A stretch of 46,288 nt of DNA, counting the filler, from Jimgerdemannia flammicorona (taxonomy: Eukaryota), in NCBI GenBank assembly GCA_003990765.1. It is 2 parts of 2 records of this genome, joined end to end, with 100 filler letters (N's around TTAATTAATTAA, not from the genome) between each part and the next. Parts side by side here need not be neighbours in the genome. Positions count along the whole stretch, not along the records: positions 1 to 23,094 come from RBNJ01001158.1; positions 23,195 to 46,288 come from RBNJ01001159.1. The stretch is one strand, 5' to 3'. The translations under genes were made by a program, and so were the position numbers. A model generated the notes under the pieces. It did not search any database, was not told the DNA's origin, and saw only the letters and a program-made list of their open reading frames with translations. Of this stretch, positions 13,174 through 25,535 are shown piece after piece; position 1 is the first letter of the stretch, and every line of letters begins with the position of its first letter.

Positions 13174-14233
13174 GATGGCATTGTCATCTGGGGATACACC
13201 CCAGATGTCCATGATGATATCACAAGGTAAACGAAGCCCTCGGTATCGCAGCGGATCCGTTATTCGGAAGCAACCCGCCGATAGCATGGGAACTTTTGAA
13301 TAATAATAATAATAATAATAAAACCCCGGATTGCTATTTACCTCTACTCGTAACGAAGCCGTGCTTTAGCTAATGTTGTCTGCCTAACCTTCCCCACAAG
13401 TTTGGTGGTAAAGAATTCGGTGTATCGCCATACGTCTTTCTTGGTAACCACTATTCCCGCACAGTTTTTTAAAGACAAAGGATCGAATCCAATCCAGTTT
13501 ATTCTGTCTTTGGGGACAACTGGCGACCTTTTAAGCAAAGTAATTGCGAGCGGCATTGTTCCGCGAATTGCCGCTTGGCTGTATTTTGTTCCAACGCATA
13601 CATAAGGAGACAGTTGGATTGATCACCATCTTTGTTGGAAGCTGGAATATTGATATGCCACAATCAAAGATTCAGAGTTATGACGAGTGTTTCAAATTTT
13701 GTCCGTGGCCGCATGGCGTTTGACCATGAAATCTTGTATGGAAGCCAAAATTTCGAAAATACGTGTTTGAGCCATTTTGGCGTGCAGTTTGGCGGTGTTG
13801 AACAAGGATCGTTTCAATTGCTCGAGAAAACGATGAACTCAGTGGCAGTATAAACAAAGGAATACTTCCCGTTCAAATGTTACAAAGCGAAATGTGACCA
13901 ACGCTATGGCACCTCACACTGGGGATGGGGAGTCGGCCACATCCCCGTGTCATTCAGCAAAATTTCTTTGCGATTTTCATATGGTTAGGATTTTTATGTA
14001 TCGGATTACTACGATAATTTGTTGATCGCGTCGTGAACCATCAAAAAATGAAAGCAGTGAATAGGGGTGCATCGATATCGAATATCCTGCTGTTGCCGTG
14101 CGCCTCCATCTTTCTAAATTCCGTTGCAGGCTCAAGCCTCCACATTGTGCATTGCATTTCGTTAACTCCTTTCTTCACAGTGTCTTTATGTTATATAGCA
14201 GTCACGAGTGCAGATCATGGAAAATGTGAAGGT

Positions 14234-14239
14234 ATATAA
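14234..14239 (+). promoter_or_regulatory. Candidate TATA box of the NmrA-like gene
   Basis: TATATAAG lies about 115 bp upstream of ATG 14348, followed by a C-rich leader with CCCTACTCACC repeats. Confidence 0.45.
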
Positions 14240-14347
14240 GCCCACTTGAACACCCCTCGGTTCTCATCAGCGAAGCACCACACTCTCACAAGCACAATCA
14301 CCCTACTCACCCTACCCATCCTACTCACCCTACCCATCCTACTCACC

Positions 14348-15643
14348 ATGCGCACTCCCTCGACCTCCGCCAACAACAAGCCAATCTCCGTCGTCGTCAC
14401 TGGCGGCGACTACTTCCTAGGCAACGCGTTGGCAACCCAGCTGCTCACCAAGGGTAAGGATGATTTCGGTCGTCTCTCCGTCACGCTCGTCCATCCGGAG
14501 CGCGGCCAACGTTTGAAGAACGCTGGTGCGGAGCTCAAGCAGATCAACTACGACGACGAAAGTTCCCTCGTCAATGCCTTCAATGGCGACGTCGACTGGG
14601 TGGTGCTCATTCCAGACCCGGAAGAGGACACTCGCGTTCAAAACACCAAGAGGCTTATTGACGCCATCCAAAAGGCGGGAAAAGTAGGCAAGACGGACAA
14701 GGCTGCCAATGTCATCCTTGTCTCCGTTGCTGGTGCCGATTCGAAGGAAGGAAATCAGCACAAGGAGTTCTTGGATTTAGAGACCTATTTGAAGGAGAAG
14801 GAAAAGAACCGGGTCGTTTTGCGGTGAGAATGCATCCCCGGTTTTTCGCATGTGGTATTCTGTGCGACAGTTTTGTCAACAGAACTAGTCAACTCATTTC
14901 AACCATCACCGACATAGCACCGCTTGGATCTCCAACATTTTCCACTTGTGGAGCAAATACGTGGCGGTGAACAACAAGTTCCCCTTGACCCTTGAACCGA
15001 ACCAGAAATTCGCCCCCATTCAGCTGGAGGATGTCGCTCGCGCCATTCGCGCCATCATCGTCAAACAAAATAATTCCGACGGTGCCGGCCATCGGGGCCA
15101 GACGTATACCCTTACTGGTCCAGAGCAGGTTGAAATTTGAACTCATGCGCACATCATCGTTCAATACCGCATTTTCTTCATTCGCTAAATCCCGACTCAC
15201 GCCACGCTAGGTCGACGGCCCCCGTATTGTCGAACCCCTCAACCGGGTTATCGGTGAGGGCAAGGTCGAGTACGTCACCTTAAAGCGCGAGGAGCTCGAA
15301 AATTATCTCAGGTCTCTGCGTGACAGCGACAACGAACATCTCAAGAATACTTTCCCGAGCCAGCCCACGGATAAACAGATCCAGACCATCCTCGACGAGC
15401 TTGATTGGATCAGGTCCGGCAAGGCTAACTTTAGGACCGAAGATTTGAAGAATCTCATCGGTGGCGAGGGCGAGAAGGTTGAGGAGGTGAGTTGCGGTAT
15501 AGGAATCCGTGGGTGTGCCACATTCAGATTTTCAACTTTTTTTTTTTTTTTTTTCTGACGACGTTCGTTCCTCTTGCCCTGTCTTATAGTTTTTCAAGAG
15601 GCATTCTGCCGAGTTTTCCGGGCAGTCTCCTCGTAAGGCCTGA
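14348..15643 (+). CDS. NmrA-like / atypical SDR NAD(P)-binding Rossmann-fold protein, 338 aa; exons 14348-14823, 14918-15128, 15211-15486, 15590-15643
   Basis: Motifs VVVTGGDYFLG, NYDDESSLVNAFNG, VILVSVAGA, APIQLEDVARA and GQTYTLTGPE. Three GT-AG introns (gtgaga..catag, gttgaa..gctag, gtgagt..tatag) join in frame to 1017 nt with no internal stop. CpG content is normal. Confidence 0.9.
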
Positions 15644-16745
15644 GTAATTCCAATGCCTGGTGGTAACTGAACATAACACTTGGCAGCGGCATATATAGGA
15701 AGTGCCATCGAAATGTCAAATAATGAATAATAAATAAAAAGCGACTAACTGAAAAAGCCATATCGTTGGGCATGCCCCGTCCTGTCGGACATTCCTCTTA
15801 CGACTGCGATCAGCGCATACTGAGCTAAGAAGGCATCAGGCAAATGAAGTTCCTTGTGCTTCCAAAACTGCACCTAACGAGCGCGCCAAAGAATTCACGA
15901 CATTCAAAATGTTCCAAGAGCTCACGTCACATATTGAGAGTATGAGGATAGTCTCATTTCGATGTTGGGTTTAGGAATGATTAAGGCGTTCAATCAACAC
16001 CATATTTCTCGACCTTGAAAAAAGTAGTTCTTGACTATATAACTTTAAGCATGCTTTCTAGCTAGACAACTAACAGTAAACTGTCCGCAAGGGCGTTTGC
16101 CTCGCAACGCGAGCACTACGCCACTCTGGTGTCACTTACTTGGGAGATAATGTGGGGCGACTTGTGGGGTAAATGCTAATGCATCTTGGAAGAATCAACG
16201 GGAATAGGCGAAGTCGACGCCAACGCGAGAACAAAGGACCTGTCCCATCACGGTTGAAAAGAACAGTCGAATGTTCAAATACTGTCACTAGGGCAATGCT
16301 TTTAAGGCAAGCGCTGTTTTTTCCACCCCATTGTTTTCGCAAACTGAACGATGCGGATTCCAAAGTATCCGTCCGTAAGTTCCGCATCTCGTGTTACCGC
16401 GATCCGAATAAATTGATTGGAACATGTTTCGCGGCTGTATGCAATTTCCGTAAATGATAAAGGTCAACAACGAAATATGTAGACATCTTCATCTAAAAGA
16501 TTCTTGTGCACAGTGTGTGTGGGATTTTCATTCAGCACACACCCAGTACAGAGCTTTGTATACAAAATATTGGATACAGAAAATCCTGCACTGACTTAAA
16601 TATGGTATAGACTCTGGTACCAATTCTGTGAAAGATCATTTTGTACTGAATTGGTATCAGATAATTATACACAATATGTGCAGAAGTAATGCAGTACATA
16701 TATAATCAGGACAAAGTTTTATATAGCAAATATATATATATTAAA

Positions 16746-16992
16746 TAATACTCTCAAATAAATCAAATTAATTTGAATTAAATTGAGATATAATTTGATT
16801 TAAAATTAAGAGTCAAACTTTGAAATATAATAACTCAATCAAAATATATTCAAATTTGATAATCTTTATTATGTTAAGTTTTATCAAATTTTGAAAATTA
16901 AAGTTTAAATTGAAACTCATATTAAATTAGATCTTAATTTAATTTGAATATTTTAAATTAAATTAAATTAAAGTCAAATTAGATTTAATTTA
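16746..16992. mobile_element. Decayed, truncated hAT-type MITE
   Basis: Starts TAATACTCTCAAA (decayed TAGTGCTC) with AATT(C/T)GA repeats and resembles 25035-25378. It ends at the next LTR. Confidence 0.55.
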
Positions 16993-17430
16993 TATAATAA
17001 ATTATTATATATCTATAAGTCACTAGAAATTCTAATAGAATTTCCAACTAGCAGTTATAGATACTAAATATAGTATAACTATATATAGATATACCCAATA
17101 TACTATATTTAGTTATAGTTTCAAATCTATATAAATACTCTCTATACTGAGTATATTATAATCTCAACTCTGCTTTCTCTGAATATGAATCAATATTCTT
17201 ATTATAGAATCCTCAGACCTAACTTGTTAATGATTTCAAACTTGATCAACTTGAGATATAAGTATGGTATCTTTTCTAATATAAGAATTCAAAAGTAATA
17301 CCCTAGACTACTCTGTAGTAATAAGTAATTAGAACTTAGTACTTCTTTATAAGAACTCAAAACTTAGAGCTGATAGTTAATTCTAATTATCTGTAATATA
17401 TTAATTCTATTAGTATATAGTTTTATTATA
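16993..17430 (+). repeat. Decayed LTR (5'-type) of the same family as 11853-12277
   Basis: Direct homology to 11853-12277. Followed by TTAGTAGCAGCAG, which resembles a decayed TGGTGGCAGCGG PBS. Confidence 0.65.
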
Positions 17431-17519
17431 ATTTAGTAGCAGCAGAAGTTACTCTTATCTATAAGTAAGCTTTTCTCAAGAAATCTATCATAAATATAGA
17501 CAACTCAGTCAATATTACC

Positions 17520-17654
17520 TAGTGCTTTCAAATAAATTATTCAAATTAATTCAAAGTGGATATATAAGATATTTGAATTAAATTGAATCAATTTGATTTG
17601 AATACTATATATATTCACTTCAAATTGATTCAAATCATTTGTTTGAGAGCACTA
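17520..17654. mobile_element. 135 bp hAT-type MITE
   Basis: TAGTGCTTTCAAA...TTTGAGAGCACTA termini and a perfect 8 bp TSD ATATTACC. Confidence 0.92.
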
Positions 17655-17759
17655 ATATTACCAATATTATATATAATAACTAAAGAATACCTTTATCCTG
17701 ACTACTCTTTAAAACTAAGCTGAAGAAGTTAATAGAATTATTACTGAGTAGACTGAGAC

Positions 17760-19003
17760 TAGTGCTCCAAACAGATGCAATTTATTCAGATAAGATTTAA
17801 TTCAGATTTATCATATAATAGATTTGAATCAACTCAGATTAGTCCTGTAATCTGATCTAGATTGATCCAGATTGATCTAGATTACTCAAAATCTTTAGTA
17901 ATATTACCTTTTTTTTATTCTTTAAAATCTTTAGTAATATCACTTTTTCTTTATTCTTTCTTTCTTTGTTCTCTCTTTCTTTGTTCTTTAATGCTTCTTT
18001 TTATTTCTCCTACTACATCATAAATAAATAAATAGCAGTTCTTAATTGTATATTGGTCTATTTATTTTTTACCTATGATTATCAAAAGAGAGAATATTTG
18101 AGATAAAAAAGAACTCTTTACTGACAATACTAAATTCTTTCTTATATGGATAGTATATAAGCTACTCATTAAGAGCCAAAATAATAGTAGTAATAGTAAT
18201 GGTAATGATAATAGTGATTGCAATGATGAGAATGAGAGAGAATTCTAGCAATAACTCATAATAATCCTTCAGACCTCAGAATTCATAAATCTTATAGCTA
18301 TATATATAATAACCTTTTTAGAGTAGCTGATAGTAGATATAGATTGCCTTTTCATCATTATATTTAAATTCCCACAGTATGACTAAGTTTATTTTATACT
18401 ATTTCTCTTTTTCTTAGAGTCTATAGCTCTATAGCAAGATCTGTCAACTTTATTTACAATATCTGGTCAAGATAAAGAAAGACTTGAGAATATTGTGAGG
18501 TATATCTAGTGCTCCCAAACAAGTTGAATCAATTCGAATCAAATCGAATTGAGGGTTAAACAAGTCGAATTGAATTGGGGATTTTTCAATTCGAATCAAT
18601 TCAAATTGAATCAAAAGTCAAATTGAATTGAGGGTCTGATTCAAACCCTAATTTTCAAAATGCAATAACTCAGCATAAACTCATCCAAATCTAATATACT
18701 TTAGCTTGTTAGAATCACATTAATATGGTGAATCTAACAAGCTACAATATGTTAAATTTGGATGAGTTTTCATCGAGTTATTACATTTTGAAAATTAAGG
18801 TTCGAATTGAACTTCGAATCGAATTGGACCTTTGATTCGATTCGAATTGAATTGAATTGAACCCTTGATTCAATTGAATCAAATCGAGTTTGGACCAAAT
18901 TCAATTCAATTCAATTCATTGAGAGCACTAGGTATGTCTTTGGTGGCTAAGCTGTTGAGTCAATATATCACATAGTGGAGATCTCAAAAGGATCAGAAGT
19001 AAG
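17760..19003 (-). mobile_element. Terminal fragment of the hAT family (homologue of 26724-27555)
   Basis: TAGTGCTCCAAAC terminus and GATTGATCCA subterminal repeats. Colinear with 26724-27555. Interrupted by a MITE and ended by an LTR. Confidence 0.85.
18507..18930. mobile_element. hAT-type MITE, same subfamily as 1741-2085
   Basis: TAGTGCTCCCAA...TTGAGAGCACTA termini. TSD GGTATATC/GGTATGTC, with the empty site GGCATGTC at 27483. The core is nearly identical to 1741-2085. Confidence 0.95.
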
Positions 19004-21291
19004 TATAATAAAATAGATAAGATACAATAAATGACAAGTGATTACATGATCTGGCAATGATATCACTATTGAGTATGATATATGATGAATATAACAAATA
19101 TAATAAATAAGACATAGATAATATGATTAATGCAATAAATAATATTCAGCTTATTTTCAGCAACTAGTGCTATAGTAAAAGTACCATAGTAACTAATTAT
19201 TACCTAATAACAAAGGTCTTGATTACAAAGTATTTCTGATCACAAATCATCTAATAAAGGTCACAATCATAAATCTCATTTATAGTTATCAAATTAGTCA
19301 CTCATACTTAGTTAGAAATTATGAACTAACTTATATAAATATCCTCTAGTTTCCCAAGTAAGTACTTTCTCACACTGAAGGCTTCTTAGTACACTTGTAT
19401 ACTAAGTCTCTAAGTAATACCTTATTTCTCTAATTATCTAAAGGATAAGAGAGAGGTATAATTAAGAGTTATTACAACTTAGTAGTAGCAGAATTACCAA
19501 GCCAAGAAGGTATTAAGAATATACTTCTGAGAAGTTGAAATAAGACCAACCTTAGATAGAAGTAATCTCAGAATTAACTGTAAATTCTCTAGGAACAAAC
19601 CCCCAAACCAGAGTCAGATAAGTAATTGTCATTAGGACCAGATGGTACTAGGAAATCACTGACCCAAAAACCCACCAGTTAGTAATTAATCAGATATATA
19701 GAGATCTATGTATATGAGGTCTTTAGGAATTTCCACCCAGATCTTAGAAACTCAGTCAGCTGCTATAGGTTCTATATACTTCTCCATAGCTATCTTTGGA
19801 CCACTAGGACTCAAGAATCTACTATTATAGTCACTCAGGAATTTCTAGACTATATCTCACCCCCTGTAGTAAGAGAAGTAGTTGTTGAGTAGATTATATC
19901 TGATAAATATCATCATACTTCTACCAGAACCTCCCTCTACTACAGGTTAGTTGTTTACTATATCTCTACTATATCAAGATATAAGACTGAGCAAGCAGGC
20001 CATTCATCTCCTACTGCTGATCAAGAAGTAGATTTATCTATCTAGCCAGAAACTAATATTCTCTTTGAAGGACCTATTTAGTATAAGGATGCACTATCTC
20101 ATCAGGAAAGGGAGTCAGATAAAGACTCTGTAGAATATTAGTCTGATGATAGCCAATAAGAAATAGCAGACCTAGGAATTTACCAAGAATCCATAGATCA
20201 GGAAGATCAGATCTCAGAATCAATTTAGCCACCTATATTGATTACTATGTTCTATGGTATATTTATATACAGCCTATTCTAATTATAAGTATATAACCTC
20301 TAAATCACTAAAATCATATGTTGCTCTCAGAATAAATTCAGAAATCATATATAAGATCATAAAATGAGTTACTGAAGAGATTACCTAATTATATAAAGTA
20401 TACCAACAAGTATGAAGATTTATTATCAAGATATAAGAATACCAGAAGAAGTACTATAACTGTAAGGCTGACCTTAAATCTCTACTTATTGAACAATAAG
20501 TCTTGGTATACCATAGTATCATAAAAGAAAACTGAAGTATTAACTCAAACTAAAATAGAAAGGACTCTATCTCATCTATTAAAAGTTTATAAACCACACT
20601 TATTAACTTAAGACCCTAGATAGAATTATACTCAAAACCAAGATATACCACAATTATATAAGATCTTATTACTTAGCAAAAGTAGAATATATTTGAATAA
20701 CTCTATTTACTCTATCTATATTACCTCTATTAGAGAATAACAGATACTTCATATAAAACTCAAGAAAGCTGACAATGATAAAATCAATCTCAAGCCTATC
20801 TATATGATAGATATTACTACTAGAAATTGCCTCAGATTATAGAAAATATCATTTCTAAGAGGTTTGAACCCCCAGCTATAATAATGAGAGCCCTTGCCCT
20901 AGATAAGAATGGCCAGTCCTCACAAATATACTAACAGTTCAAAAAAAAAAAAGAGAACTAAGGCCTGCTATTTCTGTGCAACTATCTCTGCTAAAGACAG
21001 TTCTAATTTTGCAAAGGGCAGATGTGATGAAATCTTTAAAACTGATGATATCAGAAGTCAGAAGACTACTCAGACTTCATAAGTCTCTGGTTATAAATCA
21101 TGACTCATAATGACCACTAGCATGAGTACTAACCTACATTCATACTTGATTACTTCAACTATAATAAAGAGACTAAAGAACATAACTAGTACCTCCAGAC
21201 AACCCTCAAGATCAAATTAATAACTCCATCTCCTGAGTATAAATAAAATAAACTATAGCCATTAGTATACTATAACTCTGTAATACATAGT
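19004..21291 (+). mobile_element. Decayed LTR retrotransposon fragment (LTR 19004-19476 plus gag-like relic)
   Basis: TATAATA...TATTACA termini, TATAAAT at ~19334 and PBS-like TTAGTAGTAGCAG at ~19479. Long stop-riddled frame with KACYFC at ~20960. 21135-21285 is homologous to 26095-26245. Confidence 0.55.
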
Positions 21292-22337
21292 TAGTACTCT
21301 AAATAAGTCAATTTGAATCAAATCTGAATTCAATTTATTATATAATGGTTTAATCTGAATCTCAAATCTGAAGCCATCTGAATCACCCCATCTGAATTAC
21401 TCCATCTAAATCACTCATTCAAATTACCCCATCTAAACTACTTTATCTAAACTATTCAATCTGAATCACTCAATCTGAATTACTCAATCTGAATTACTCA
21501 ATCCAAATCACTCAATCCAAATCACTCAATCCAAATCCTCTAATTTGAATCCTTTAATTTAAATCCTCTAATTTGAATCCTTTAATCTGAATTCTCATCT
21601 GAATCCTTCAACTGAATTCTCTAATCCAAATTCTCCAATCTGAATTCTCCAATCCAAATTCTCCATATGACTTATATATCAGATGTGTCTATATATACAA
21701 TACATATATATGTAAACACACATGCAAACAAATATGCAAATACATATATATGTACACATAAACACATGTTGATAGATTAGTCTTCAATAGTTCACAGTAC
21801 TGATAATGCTTCAAGTTAAACATCTCCAATAGTTCCACACCTTCTACATAATCTTTACTCTAAAATCTGACAAAATTATACTAAGATGAAAGATAATGTT
21901 GTTTGTAACTATTGTAGATAAAAAATTAAAAAAAAAAAAAAAACATACCTATGATATAACTGATACTTTGTTTGATACACACATGATACTGTTTTATCTA
22001 CCCCTATAAACTATATAGCCAGAAGTTCAAAAAGCTTGGTAGTTCAACTTTGAACATATATTAATACATAAAAGACAAGTACTCTAACAAAATCAAAAAG
22101 AATATGGAGATAAATAAAATTGATATCCAAGCTATAGTGAGTATATTTATCTGATTGCCTGACCATTTCTGTATCAATAACCCCATTAAATCAAAAATAT
22201 TTAGCCATACTCTTTGGCAGAATTTCAAAATTGGCTCATTTGCTGGATTGTGTATATAGACTAGCCATTTATAACCATTGAGAGTGATCAATTATATAGC
22301 ATCTTTGGTCTCCTCAAGCATGATTTATATTTGCCAA
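21292..22337 (+). mobile_element. 5' part of a hAT element: TIR, subterminal repeats and BED zinc finger exons
   Basis: Reverse-complement homologue of 32275-33271. TAGTACTCTAAA terminus, a ~10 bp AATCTGAATCACTC-type array at 21300-21670, and SKI*...DNVVCNYC at ~21858-21915. Confidence 0.85.
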
Positions 22338-23094
22338 TGTTGAGATTTCTAGCTAATCAACTCGGTATGTAGCTCATGTGAAGGTGGCGCGGCTCACGTG
22401 TGAGGACGTCATCAGTGGAAACGTCATCAACGCGTAAATACGCGCTTCACGCATATCAATAAAGGTTGCTCCTTTATCCCTCAAATTCTAGTATTTCACA
22501 ACAGGTTATGAGCCCCGGTTAGTGGCTAACCAAAACACCTCTTTAATATACGATACACTACTTTACGCGCAAAAGAGATGTTGAATACGCCAGGGAGTCC
22601 CTCGGCGGGTGCCGGAATGGGTACCGGAATGGGTACCGGAACAGCCCCAGCAGCAACTACTACGACCGTCACGATGACGTCAATTCCAGCCCCAGCGGCT
22701 ATTATGACAGTGCAAACGTCCAAGAGGTCCATCCCTGTCTTCGACAGGAAAGATTACGCAATCTGGGCCTATCATATGAAGAATCTCCTTATCAAATGTG
22801 GCTTGGCGGACTACTGGAAGCCGCAAGCACAGATTATGGGATACAATGTCGCTAATGATGAGAGAGCCTTACGCGAGATTACGTTCACACTATCTAACGC
22901 ACAACTGAAACACATCATCTACGCTACAACAGCAAATGAAGCCTGGGAGATCTTACGCGATCTATACCAAAAGGACTCCGCCTCGAACAGATTCCACTTG
23001 AAATCACAACTATTCAGCCTACGGATGAAGTCCAAGGAGACGATCCGTGAATACGCCGATCGGGTTGACGAGCTGACGAATCACATTAACGCTC
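22338..23094 (+). mobile_element. Young Ty1/Copia element: 166 bp 5' LTR (22338-22503), PBS and gag start; cut by the gap
   Basis: TGTTG...CAACA LTR followed directly by GGTTATGAGCCC. CpG-rich. Interrupts the hAT sequence after ATTTGCCAA. Confidence 0.92.
22578..23094 (+). CDS. Copia Gag, N-terminal part (open to the gap)
   Basis: Copia gag-type motifs IPVFDRKDYAIWAYHMKNLL, TANEAWEILRDLY and LKSQLFSLRMKSKETIREYADRVDEL, with no stops. Confidence 0.88.
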
Positions 23095-23194
23095 NNNNNN
23101 NNNNNNNNNNNNNNNNNNNNNNNNNNNNNNNNNNNNNNTTAATTAATTAANNNNNNNNNNNNNNNNNNNNNNNNNNNNNNNNNNNNNNNNNNNN
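23095..23194. other. Artificial 100 bp contig spacer
   Basis: 44 N + TTAATTAATTAA (stops in all six frames) + 44 N. Confidence 0.95.
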
Positions 23195-24378
23195 AAAAAA
23201 TTATTGGTTCAGTTTTGGAACCAAATTATTTATAAATATTCTTTATTTAATAGATAGACAATAAATTGAGATATATATTTAAAACTTATTATAATTATTC
23301 TTTTAATATTTCTCTATAATCCCATATAATTTATTTTTTAAAATCTTATTTATTTTATCTTTTAAAAAAATAATAAAAAAACTCATTTTAAATATATATA
23401 AATATATATAATATATTATTAATATACTGAATTCAAATATTAAAGTAATGATATTTTGTTCAAAGAATACTATTTAAGTATACTTTCTACTCATAATAAA
23501 TTATAATTTATTTATTAAATAGATTAGTTATAGTTTGAAATTATATAAATTACTAGAGTATTAAATATATATATATAAATAATAGGAGAATAAATAGATA
23601 CTGTACAGAAAAGACTGATATTAGGTAACTAAAAGTATATAGTATTCTCTAATAAAACAAAAATTAATTATTTTGAAATATGATATCTGCCTTTTTCCAT
23701 CATCTTTGAATTTTATATCAATTGATGTCATATGACTTTTCCACATTGAAAATGCCATGAAACTACTTTAAACTGACTGCAAAACTACTTTAAATTGACT
23801 GCAAATACTCAAATAATATATTATTATTATTTAAAATATCTAAGATACTATAAAATTGAATCAAAGATACAAAATATCACTTAATGAAAGTCATGTGATA
23901 TCGATTGACATAAAATTCAAAGATGATGGAAAAAGGCAGATGTCCTATATAGAATCCAAAATAATTGATTTTTGTTTTATTAGAGGATACTATATACTTC
24001 TAGTTACTTAATATCAGTCTTTTCTATACAGTATTTATTTATTCTCCTATTATTCTTATATATATTTAACACTTTAGTAATTTATATAATTTCAAACTAT
24101 TACTAATCTATTTAATAAATAAATTATAATTTATTATAAGTAGAAAGTATACTTAAATAGCCTTCTTTGGACAAAATATCATTGCTTTAATGTTTGAATT
24201 CAGTATATTAATAATATATTATATATATTTATATATATTTAAAAAGAGTTTTTTTATTATTTTTTTAAAAGATAAAATAAATAAGATTTTAAAAAATAAA
24301 TTATATGAGATTATAGAGAAATATTAAAAGAATATTTATAAATAATTTGGTTCCAAAACTAAACCAATAATTTTTTTT
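23195..24378. repeat. AT-rich long inverted repeat (foldback-like element)
   Basis: Arms ~23195-23742 and ~23885-24378 are reverse complements (e.g. TTATTGGTTCAGTTTTGGAACCAAATT / AATTTGGTTCCAAAACTAAACCAATAA). The spacer is ~140 bp and the left arm has ~59 extra bp. Confidence 0.9.
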
Positions 24379-24599
24379 TTTAGATTTTTTTTTAAAGATA
24401 AAATAAAAATTTAAAAATAATAAATTTAATATTTTTAAATATCTCCAATATAAAACTATAATATATTATAATATAAAATATATTTATTTAGAGTATTTTT
24501 ATTTAAATAATTAAAATATAAAATTTAATAAAACATTGATTTAGTTTTAGAATATACTGTATTTGTAAAAAGTAACTTACAGAAAATATAGTTATAATA

Positions 24600-25535
24600 T
24601 AGCTATCTTATAGCTAGCAAACTTGTATAAATATCTTCAGTATCTAGAGTAAATAAACCTCAGATCAAAATAGTTCAAAGTAAAGAAAATATAAGAGAAC
24701 TAGTAAGTCTGTAGACAGATATTTTCAACTTATATCCCTACACTATAAGGACTCTATAAGAGTTAGAACAAGATTAAGTTTCAAGATGCAGAAATCTGCC
24801 ATACTTCTAAGATTAGACATTTACTATATTATAACTTGGTATCTATTGGCTGGTAATTTAAGATAAATTCCTTGCTTTTAAGCTAAATAATAAACAACTA
24901 CTACTATCTAAATAAATATATAAACTAAATAAAGATATCTAGACAAGATAAATATGAGACCATCAGTATTCTATAGATATACTTCAGATAAATCAATTAT
25001 TACCTTTATTGATAATTTCAAGAAATATACTACCTAGTGCTCTCAATATATTGAATTGAATTAAAGATCTAATTCAATTTGATTTGATTTGAATTAAATT
25101 GAAGACTAATTCAATTTGAGGCCTAATTCAAACTCAAACTCTATTTTTTGAAATATAATAACTCAATGAATACATATCCAAATTCAATGATCTTTAGCTT
25201 ATTAGATTTCTCTTATATAGAGAAATTTAAAAAACAAAGATCATTGAATTTAGATATATATTAATTGAGTTATTATATTTCAAAAAATAAGATTTGAATT
25301 GGACCCTTAATTTGATTTAATTCAAATGCCTCTTAATTTGATTTGATTCAAATTGATTCAATTTATTTGAGAGCACTATATGTAATCTGCCAGATTAAGA
25401 ATAGAGTTATTGAAGCTATTATTGATACTAGAGCAAGTGAATGCCTTCTTAGTAAAAAGACAGCAGACCATCTAGATTGAAAAGTTGAAAAAATAATCAA
25501 GTTGATATTTATCACAGTAAATAGTATAAGAGCTT
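24600..25535 (+). mobile_element. Decayed relative of the 42804 Gypsy element: LTR end, PBS, gag start, [MITE], protease
   Basis: 24605-25034 aligns with 43040-43482 (AGCTAGCAAACTTGTATAAATA, AATAAACCTCAGATC, ACTTGGT..ATTGGCTGG). 25379-25535 translates YVICQIKNRVIEAIIDTRASECLLSKK, matching 44755 onward. Confidence 0.85.
25035..25378. mobile_element. hAT-type MITE without TSD
   Basis: TAGTGCTCTCAA...TTGAGAGCACTA termini and an internal palindrome. The flanks ATACTACC and TATGTAAT do not match. Confidence 0.88.

Noticed and set aside
14246..14347. Longer N-terminus with a signal-like hydrophobic stretch on the NmrA-like protein
   Set aside because: It depends on a TTG start, and the hydrophobic stretch is the translation of a CCCTACTCACC leader repeat. 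ATG 14348 has a good CACC context.
16136..16470. Short ORFs downstream of the NmrA-like gene (and at 13344-14239 upstream)
   Set aside because: No recognisable motifs, mostly non-ATG starts, and overlap on both strands. A small gene cannot be excluded without expression data.
11853..17430. NmrA-like gene captured between two LTRs
   Set aside because: The left LTR is preceded by a purine tract (3' LTR) and the right one is followed by a PBS-like sequence (5' LTR), so they belong to separate elements. The gene keeps its introns and is not decayed.
17760..21300. 17760 and 21292 as the two ends of one hAT copy
   Set aside because: Both termini point the same way on the plus strand and their flanks share no TSD, so they come from two copies in opposite orientation.
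23095..23194. TTAATTAATTAA as a biological motif, or the Gag ORF ending at 23150
   Set aside because: It is a symmetric N-padded six-frame-stop linker. Adjacency across it is not established.
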